From the NCBI GenBank assembly GCA_963778655.1, contig CAVZVA010000002.1, positions 320,001-384,000 on the forward strand: DNA of 64,000 nucleotides, read 5' to 3'. A program made the translations under genes and the position numbers. This document shows, one piece after another, positions 57,344 to 64,000 of the stretch. A model generated the notes under the pieces. It did no database searches and had not been told where the DNA came from. It saw only the letters and a list, made by a program, of their open reading frames with translations. The DNA is from an uncultured delta proteobacterium. GTDB taxonomy: Bacteria; Myxococcota_A; Polyangia; Polyangiales; JAFGIB01. Numbering within the stretch: the first letter of the stretch is position 1; the number at the start of each line of letters is the position of its first letter.

Positions 57344-58720
57344 ATGCGATCGATCAGGACTGTGAATTGGCTTCTGGCAGTGGGGTTGGTGGTCGGAGGC
57401 GCGGGCTGTAGCAAGTCCAGCAATGGCGGCGCCGGCGACGGGGGGCCCGATGGAGGCACCGCGGGTACGGGCAGCGGCGGCAGCGGCGGCAGCGGCGGCA
57501 GCGGCGGCACCGGCGGTAGCGGTGGCACCGGCGGCAGCGGCATGATGGATGGCGGCACCGACTCCGGGATGGACGCCGGCCCGGCCCAGACACAATACGT
57601 GTTCATCAGCGCCAGCACGGACAACACCGTGCGCGTCTACACGCTGAACACCTCGTTGCCGTTCGTGAAGAAGATCGACGTCTGCAACAGCCCGGCCGAG
57701 CTGCGGGCGAGCAAGGATGGGATGTATGTCTCGGTGGTGTGTCGCGCTCCGTCCGACGCCGACAACAGCTCGGTCTGGTGGATCGACACCTCCACGCTGA
57801 CGATCGCGCACAAGTCGACGATCGGCATGCGGGTCACCCACTCGTACGTGGGCCCGGACGGTAAGACCTTCTTCTTCGGCAACGATGGCAGCGCGAACAT
57901 CTCGGTGATCGAAGCGGGCACCTGGGACCAGCACGATGTCGACACCGGAATGGGTCACCACAAGATCGCGTTTGCCACCGATGCCACCGACGATACAGGC
58001 GGCAAGCTGCGCCTCGTCTATGTCAGCAACATCACCGACTCGAGCATCTCCGTGCTCGATCCCAGCGATTGGAGCAAGGTGAGGGACATTCCGGTCGGTC
58101 CCAGCCCGCACGGCATGGACTACTCGTTCGTGTCGAAGAAGATCTACAACTGCTCCAACGATGCGAATCACGACATCGAAGTGATCAGCACCGACACCTC
58201 CGTCCTCTCCGATACGAGCATGGACCCGATCGTCGACCGAATCCCACTCGACACCGCGCGCTGCGCCCACCTCGAGGTGAGCCCGGACGGCAAGCACGTG
58301 TGGGCCTCGCAAAACGGCGCCAACAAGATCGCGCGCGTCGACGTCTCCGACAACTCGGTGACCTACTACGATGCGGGCATGGGTCCAGACTGGTTCGCGT
58401 TCTCCAACGGCAAGGTCTGGATCGCCGACATCGAGGAGTGGGCTGTGACCGCGGTCAACATGACCACGGGCGACGCCGAGCGCTTCGACACCTCGGTCGG
58501 TGCCGACACAGGCGACGACGGCGGCGTGGTCGGCCCCAACGGTGGTCATCGCGGCGTGGCTTTTGCGGGCCCGTGGGTCTTCTACTCGAACACGCAGCTC
58601 GACAACTGCAATGTGGTCAATGCCGAGCACGGGCACGTGCACATGACGCTGACCGACATTCCTGGGGCGAGCAACGCCGCCGTGGCCGGCAGCGCCGGTG
58701 GCTTTCCCTACCCGAGGTGA
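57344..58720 (+). CDS. YncE/YVTN-like beta-propeller lipoprotein, His-bearing
   Basis: GGAGGAG RBS, lipobox GAGC, Gly/Ser linker, and blades 'IPVGPSPHGM', 'GMGHHKI', 'AHLEVSPDGK'. Confidence 0.8.
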   Translation: MRSIRTVNWLLAVGLVVGGAGCSKSSNGGAGDGGPDGGTAGTGSGGSGGSGGSGGTGGSGGTGGSGMMDGGTDSGMDAGPAQTQYVFISASTDNTVRVYTLNTSLPFVKKIDVCNSPAELRASKDGMYVSVVCRAPSDADNSSVWWIDTSTLTIAHKSTIGMRVTHSYVGPDGKTFFFGNDGSANISVIEAGTWDQHDVDTGMGHHKIAFATDATDDTGGKLRLVYVSNITDSSISVLDPSDWSKVRDIPVGPSPHGMDYSFVSKKIYNCSNDANHDIEVISTDTSVLSDTSMDPIVDRIPLDTARCAHLEVSPDGKHVWASQNGANKIARVDVSDNSVTYYDAGMGPDWFAFSNGKVWIADIEEWAVTAVNMTTGDAERFDTSVGADTGDDGGVVGPNGGHRGVAFAGPWVFYSNTQLDNCNVVNAEHGHVHMTLTDIPGASNAAVAGSAGGFPYPR

Positions 58721-58723
58721 CCT

Positions 58724-59383
58724 CTGAAGTCTGCATCCACGAGGCACGAGCGGCGGCGCTTCCTGCAGCTCGTGCTGGGCTCCTGCGCGGGCTGCGCCCT
58801 GGGCTGCGCGCGCCGAGATTCTCCACACACCAAACCGACACCGACAGAAAAGGGCGCCGCCGATGCGGGCTTCGATGCCGCATCGGCGGCGCCCCCTCCT
58901 AGCGAGGATGCGGCGATGGCCTCGATGGACGCGGAGTCGGCGCCGGGACCCGACGCTGCGCCGCCGGACGCCGGGTCACAGCGGCAGCCGCAGCCGCAGG
59001 ACGGCGACGACGCCGGCATGCCACAGCCGGCGCCGGACCAGTCGGTGCGCGTGCCGCTCGCGCAGCTCGGCGTGGGCAGCGTGGTGCGCGTGCGCGACGT
59101 GCTGGTGGGTCAGGACGAGCTCGGCCTGTACGCGCTGAGCGCGGTGTGCCCGCACGAGGGCTGTCTGGTCGAGCCGCCCGGTGCCAGCGGCAGCCAGTGC
59201 GCCGGGGCCAAGCCCGACTGGCTGGTGTGCCCGTGCCACTGCTCGCTGTTCGACGCGGCGGGGCATTATCAGAAGGGCCCGGCGACCGCCGACCTCCCTC
59301 ACCTGCAGCTCAGCGTCGAAGGCGACGAGGTCGTGGTCGACCGCACCGCGCAGGTGCCCACCGACACGCGCACGCAGCCGTGA
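58724..59383 (+). CDS. Rieske (2Fe-2S) domain Tat-lipoprotein
   Basis: Boxes CPHEGC and CPCHCS.FD, plus 'GPA..DL'. Tat motif RRRFL and lipobox ALGC. Probable CTG start at 58724; first canonical start is GTG 58772. Confidence 0.85.
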   Translation: MKSASTRHERRRFLQLVLGSCAGCALGCARRDSPHTKPTPTEKGAADAGFDAASAAPPPSEDAAMASMDAESAPGPDAAPPDAGSQRQPQPQDGDDAGMPQPAPDQSVRVPLAQLGVGSVVRVRDVLVGQDELGLYALSAVCPHEGCLVEPPGASGSQCAGAKPDWLVCPCHCSLFDAAGHYQKGPATADLPHLQLSVEGDEVVVDRTAQVPTDTRTQP

Positions 59384-59401
59384 GCGGCGGGCCCAGCCGC
59401 A

Positions 59402-60703
59402 TCACTCGCCGGCGAACTCGAGCAGCTTGAGCTTGCTGTCCGGGTTGCCGAACAGATCGGTGTTGGCCTTGCGCGTGGTGCAGTACAGCGCGAGGCCCCC
59501 ATCCGGGGTCACGTAGGCGCTGGCCGCGGCGCGGAAGGTACAGAAGCCATGCCCGTCGGGCCGCCAGCCCGCCTCGTATACACGCTTCATGGCGATGTGG
59601 CCGCCGCGCTCGCCGAGCTCGAACAAGTGCAGCAGCTCGACGCCCCGCTGCACGCCGCCGCGCACGAACATCGAAAGCAGCTCGCCGACCAGAGCCGGGG
59701 TGAGGCGAGGCTTGACCGTCGGGCCGTAGCTCGGATTTCCGGTGCCCAGCAGGTACAGCTTGCCCGAGTCGCAGTCGGTCAGCAGCGAGGTCGACTGGTA
59801 CCGGCCGTCCCAGCTCGGCCCGCCGCGGAAGTAGTCGATGAACTGCCACTGGGTATCCGGGCCGATCTGGTCGCGGTCGCTGCGGTAGAACCAACCTTCG
59901 TTCTTGTTGTCCTTGCCCTGCACGAACATCAAGTAGCTGCCGTCGCGCAGCTTGGCGACGGCCACCGAGGTGGCGTGGCGCGCCCGATGAGGCTCGCCTT
60001 GCAGGAATAGCGGCACGCGCTGCAGCAGGGTTTCGCTGGCGGCCGGATGGCTCAGATCGTCGAACTGTACGAACGCCCGACCGCGGCAGCCCTTGGCCTT
60101 GGCGCAGCTCACCGCCAGCGCGAGGGTCTGGCCGATCATCTGCAGCCCGCCCGGGTGATCGCTGCGATTGACCGGGTGGTAGTAGCTGGTGCGGCGGTGG
60201 TCGGGATTGGGCCGGATGTAGCGCGCACGACGGCGCGCGCTGCCGAAGGGCGCGCCGTGGTGGTCCGGCACGTCGCCCAAGTGTACCAGAAAGAAGCCGC
60301 CACCGCCGAGCATGCCGGGCCGAGCGCGGCTCAGCACCACCCAGCTCGAATCGCGCAGCAGCGGCAAGCGAGCGATGCCCTCGAGGTGGCTGTCATTGGC
60401 GGCAAACGGCGCCAGCCGCGCGCCGTAGGGAGGCAGCCGGCGCGCCGCCATCGAGCTGTAGCGCACCTCGGCGGTCGGATCCGGACGCAGCGCCGCGACC
60501 GCCTCGAGCACACCGCGCACGCAGCGGTTGCAGTCGCGCGCGCCGAACGCGCAGCTGGTGTCGCCGGCCAGCTGCGCGGCCGCGGGCGGCCCGAGCCGCG
60601 CAGCGTGCGCCGGATGCAGGCCCAGGCTCAGGGCGAGCAGCAGCGCTGCCAGCCACGCGTAACGCACGCGCTTAGGGCGCGAAAATCGAGACCGCGACAC
60701 CAA
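59402..60703 (-). CDS. Secreted hypothetical protein (probable beta-propeller)
   Basis: Signal peptide ending AHA-A, then 'HLEGIARL' and 'DHPGGLQMIG'. Confidence 0.7.
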   Translation of the reverse strand: MVSRSRFSRPKRVRYAWLAALLLALSLGLHPAHAARLGPPAAAQLAGDTSCAFGARDCNRCVRGVLEAVAALRPDPTAEVRYSSMAARRLPPYGARLAPFAANDSHLEGIARLPLLRDSSWVVLSRARPGMLGGGGFFLVHLGDVPDHHGAPFGSARRRARYIRPNPDHRRTSYYHPVNRSDHPGGLQMIGQTLALAVSCAKAKGCRGRAFVQFDDLSHPAASETLLQRVPLFLQGEPHRARHATSVAVAKLRDGSYLMFVQGKDNKNEGWFYRSDRDQIGPDTQWQFIDYFRGGPSWDGRYQSTSLLTDCDSGKLYLLGTGNPSYGPTVKPRLTPALVGELLSMFVRGGVQRGVELLHLFELGERGGHIAMKRVYEAGWRPDGHGFCTFRAAASAYVTPDGGLALYCTTRKANTDLFGNPDSKLKLLEFAGE

Positions 60704-60942
60704 TTAAGACTGTGGCTCGAAGCGCGCTACGGTGCACGCCGGCACTGCCCGAGCCAGCTCGACGTGCGGTGAGCCCCGCTCCGGGCCGCGACCGCCGCAG
60801 GCCGACTTTCGCGCCCGCAGGCGGCCGCAAGCTTGCGGCCGGTCGCGGCCGTGGCTACACCTATCCTACATCTGAGCTAGGCGAGGCTCTGGCCCCGAGC
60901 AGGCACCACGCGCGATCGACCCGACGAGGGGTCTACAGATCC

Positions 60943-61587
60943 ATGACAGGTTGGTTGGAAAGGTCGGGCGTCGCAGCGTTGCTGGTCGCAGCGTGCGGCG
61001 GCGTGTTCATGTACGTCGACCACCTCAACGCGCAGCTGGTCGCCAAGGGCGCGCACTTCACTGATATCGAGCTTCGGCTCGACGCGCACATTCCGCTGGT
61101 GCCGGCGTTCGTGTTTGCCTACCTGCTCTACTATGTGTGGATCCTGCTGCCGGTGGTGGCGCTGCGCGAGCGAGAGCACTTCTACCACGCGGTCGCCGCG
61201 TTCACGGTGTTGCAGCTGGCGGCCGTCGTGACCTTCCTGGTCTTCCCGACTTACATGACGCGCCCGGTCGTGGCCGGCACGGGGCTCGCCCGCGACCTGG
61301 TGCGCTGGCTGTACAGCGCCGACCAGGGCTGCAACCTGATCCCCAGCCTGCACGTGGGCCACACCGTGCTGGTGGCGATGTTCTTCCGCGCGCAGCGCTC
61401 GCGCTGGTTCCCGCTGGTCGCGCTGGGCACGGCGCTGATCAGCGCGTCCACCGTGCTGATCAAGCAGCACTACCTGGTCGACGTGCCGGCCGGCTTCGCG
61501 TTCGCCGTGGCCGCGTACTACGTGACCGTGCCGATCTCGCACCGTATGCGCGGGCCGGCGGTGGATCGTTACTCGGCAGCAGCTTGA
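60943..61587 (+). CDS. PAP2-family membrane phosphoesterase (IPC synthase-like)
   Basis: 'NLIPSLHV', 'STVLIKQHYLVDVPAG', several TMs. Confidence 0.88.
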   Translation: MTGWLERSGVAALLVAACGGVFMYVDHLNAQLVAKGAHFTDIELRLDAHIPLVPAFVFAYLLYYVWILLPVVALREREHFYHAVAAFTVLQLAAVVTFLVFPTYMTRPVVAGTGLARDLVRWLYSADQGCNLIPSLHVGHTVLVAMFFRAQRSRWFPLVALGTALISASTVLIKQHYLVDVPAGFAFAVAAYYVTVPISHRMRGPAVDRYSAAA

Positions 61588-61645
61588 AGGCGCGGGGCTC
61601 GACCACGACAACGACGGGGTGGAGCGGGTGGCGTCGGGCTTCGGG

Positions 61646-62791
61646 TTACGGGCTGTCCGTCACGTAGACCAGGTAGCCGTCGTCGCGGCGGTGGCACTCG
61701 GCCTCGTTGCGCAGGCGCAGGTGCTCCAGGTGCGCGTAGGTCTCGCTCTCGGCCATGCCGCCCCAGTTGCGGGGGTGGAACAGCTGCTCCGAGAACTCGC
61801 GGACGGTGGCCGGCCCCAGACGCTTGGAGATCGCCTTGAGCTTTTGCAGGCGCTCGCCGTGGTGGCGCTTGATGGCCTCGGCGCGGCCCGCGAGATCGTC
61901 GAAGGGATCGCCGTGCGCCGGTAGACAGCGGCCGACCCCGCCGATCTGCGCGACCGCGTCGAGCGAGTCGTAGAAGCCTTGCAGCGGATCCGCGGCCTCG
62001 CCCAGTCCCGAGATGTGCGGCGTGATCGAAGGCAACACGTGATCACCCGCCAGGAAGATACCGTGCTCCGGGTCGTACAGGCACACGTGATCGGCGGTGT
62101 GCCCCGGCGTGTGCCACACCGACCACGGACGCCCGCCCAGCTTGATCGACGAGCCCTGCCGCACGGTATGCGTGAGGCGCGGCGTGAACAGGCCCGGTCC
62201 TGCCGCGCGCATCCGTTCGAAGCGCGCGCGCTGCTCCGGGCTCGGCATCGGCGGCTCGCCGCCCCAGGGCGTGCGCGGTCGCTCGCCTGGCTGCTTGAGC
62301 CACGGAGGCTCGGGCTCGGGCTCGGCGGCATTGCCCGCGACCGGCTCGGGCTCGAGCCCCGCCCCGCGCTCCGCCTGGCCGACGGCCTGGCCCAGGTGCT
62401 CGACCGAGACCTCGAGGTGCGGCCGGGCCTGGGCACGGCCGTACACGCTGAAGTCCTCGTGCGCGATCACCCTGCACCCGGTCTCCGCATGAAAGCGCCC
62501 GGCGCCGCCGAAGTGATCGGGATGCGAGTGGGTCACCACCACGGTGTGCACATGGCGTACGGCGAGCTCGACCTGGCGCAAGCGCTCCACGATCGCCTCC
62601 CAGCTCTGATCGCCGGGCAGCCCTGGATCCACCACCGCCGCGCCCTGGTCATCGAGCAGGCAGTACATGTTGACGTGACCCAGACCGGGCATCTGGATCG
62701 GGAGCTGCATCCGCAGCACCCCGCGCGCCACCTCGACCACCTCGCTGCGGGCCTCTTGCTGCTCCTGTTTTGGCGTGACTTCCGTGGACAT
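61646..62791 (-). CDS. MBL-fold metallo-hydrolase
   Basis: 'THSHPDHFG', 'TPGHTADH', 'GDHVLPSITP', 'PAHG', 'ETYAHLEHL'. Confidence 0.93.
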   Translation of the reverse strand: MSTEVTPKQEQQEARSEVVEVARGVLRMQLPIQMPGLGHVNMYCLLDDQGAAVVDPGLPGDQSWEAIVERLRQVELAVRHVHTVVVTHSHPDHFGGAGRFHAETGCRVIAHEDFSVYGRAQARPHLEVSVEHLGQAVGQAERGAGLEPEPVAGNAAEPEPEPPWLKQPGERPRTPWGGEPPMPSPEQRARFERMRAAGPGLFTPRLTHTVRQGSSIKLGGRPWSVWHTPGHTADHVCLYDPEHGIFLAGDHVLPSITPHISGLGEAADPLQGFYDSLDAVAQIGGVGRCLPAHGDPFDDLAGRAEAIKRHHGERLQKLKAISKRLGPATVREFSEQLFHPRNWGGMAESETYAHLEHLRLRNEAECHRRDDGYLVYVTDSP

Positions 62792-62861
62792 GGGGACTTC
62801 GGGCCGAGGTCCGCGCGGCCATCCGAGTATGTAGCGCGTGCGGCGCCGCTTTGAAAACGAT

Positions 62862-64000
62862 TTAAACGGGCTTCCGCCGATCCTCGGCGCCGCCGTATTT
62901 CTGCACGGGGGCAGGCCTGTTTCCGGGCTCGAGCACGGCCGGCTCGATCGAGAGCCCGCGACTACCGAGCCATTCCGCCACCGTGGCCATGCGCTCGCGG
63001 AACACCAGCACGTGCAGCACGTCGCCGCGCTTGAGCCGCAGCTCGTCGCCCACCGGCACGATCCGCGTCCCGCGCTGCAGCGCCAGCAGCAGACAAGCGC
63101 CGTCCGGCGGCGGCTCGAGCACGCCCTGATTGGCTTCGGGCTCGGACTCGACCGCCACGCGACGCACCTCGGTCAGCCCGCGCCTTATACGTGCCGGCCA
63201 CAGATCGAGCTGCTCGGGATGCGCGAACAGCACCTGTCCGCCGCGTTTGTGGATCATCTCCACCGCGTCGGCGGCGCGCGCGCGGGCGGTGCCCACGTAC
63301 ACACTGCGCAGCTTGCCCTCGCGCTGCACCGACTGCATGAACAGCACGTTGACCTCGGTGCTGGAGCTCAGCGCCACCGCGCCCGCCCGCGTGTCGACCT
63401 CGGCGCGCAGCAGCGTGGATTCGCGCAGGCCGTTGCCGAAGATCACGCGCAGCCCCTCGCGCTCGGCCTCCTTGCACACGTCGGGATTGGTGTCGATGCA
63501 GATCACTTCCTGGCCGTTGCTTGCGAGCACGCGTGCCATGGTGCGGGCGAGCTCGTTGGCGCCGAGCACCAGCCAGCCGTGGTCGCTGGGGCGCCGCAGG
63601 CGCAGCAGATACGCGAGCGGACCGCCGATCAAGCCGGCGCTGACCACCGTGACCACGATCACCAGAAAGACCAGCGCGCGCAGCGCGTCTCCGCCCCCGA
63701 TACCGCGCGCCCTGAGCTCGGCGGCAAAGAACGCCGAGACAGCGGCCGCGACGATCCCGCGCGGCCCAATCGCGGCCACCAGCGTTCGCTGGCGCCAGCT
63801 CAGGTCGGTCTTGTACGTCCCCACCAGCACGGTCAGCGGCCGCACCACCAGGATCAGAAGGCCGACCGTCAGCAGCCCCGGCCAGCCCAACGCCCGCACC
63901 TCGGAGACGCGCACGTCGGCTGCGAGCAGCACGAACAGCATGCCGATGAACAGCACGGTGAGCTGCTCCTTGAACTCGAGCAGCTCGCGGTGCACGTGCA
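62862..64000 (-). CDS. Cation:proton antiporter (NhaP-type) with TrkA-N/RCK domain (5' partial)
   Basis: 'FKEQLTVLFIGMLFVLLAA', 'GPRGIVAAAVS', 'VLGANELAR'. Confidence 0.88.
   Translation of the reverse strand, partial: HVHRELLEFKEQLTVLFIGMLFVLLAADVRVSEVRALGWPGLLTVGLLILVVRPLTVLVGTYKTDLSWRQRTLVAAIGPRGIVAAAVSAFFAAELRARGIGGGDALRALVFLVIVVTVVSAGLIGGPLAYLLRLRRPSDHGWLVLGANELARTMARVLASNGQEVICIDTNPDVCKEAEREGLRVIFGNGLRESTLLRAEVDTRAGAVALSSSTEVNVLFMQSVQREGKLRSVYVGTARARAADAVEMIHKRGGQVLFAHPEQLDLWPARIRRGLTEVRRVAVESEPEANQGVLEPPPDGACLLLALQRGTRIVPVGDELRLKRGDVLHVLVFRERMATVAEWLGSRGLSIEPAVLEPGNRPAPVQKYGGAEDRRKPV

Noticed and set aside
54900..57545. GGCGGCAGC tandem repeats (~54950-55010 and ~57470-57540) as contingency loci
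   Set aside because: They are 9-bp in-frame units encoding Gly/Ser linkers and would not shift frame.

Overview
Very GC-rich bacterial DNA, most likely Myxococcota (Polyangiales-like). The taxon is inferred from the Cys-rich lipoproteins, the CGNG..E.CDDGN repeats and the D-A-G linkers. Bases ~4.4-36.7 kb form a surface-lipoprotein island centred on a ~7,440-aa lipoprotein (12008-34321, minus strand). Its architecture is the main discovery. A vWA domain is split by a ~19-kb insert. By manual parsing, the insert holds 29 PPC-like beta-sandwich modules. Of these, 25 are split into an outgoing half and a returning half that close in exactly reversed order, like balanced brackets. This implies a giant Russian-doll hairpin stalk decorated with C-type lectin, LamG, DUF2341, lamin-tail, Cys-rich and Gly-rich cargo domains. 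The remainder holds housekeeping and envelope genes: HAD hydrolase, SyrD-like ABC exporter, DUF62, GT-C and GT4 glycosyltransferases, cyclophilin, TetR, CAAX protease, M1 aminopeptidase, Crp, two CPA antiporters, PAP2 and MBL hydrolase. It also holds an mbnP-mbnH/beta-propeller/Rieske putative copper cluster, two copies of a ~171-bp MITE and five REP-like palindromes. No rRNA, tRNA or CRISPR array was seen. All family calls come from motif recognition by eye, not from database searches.
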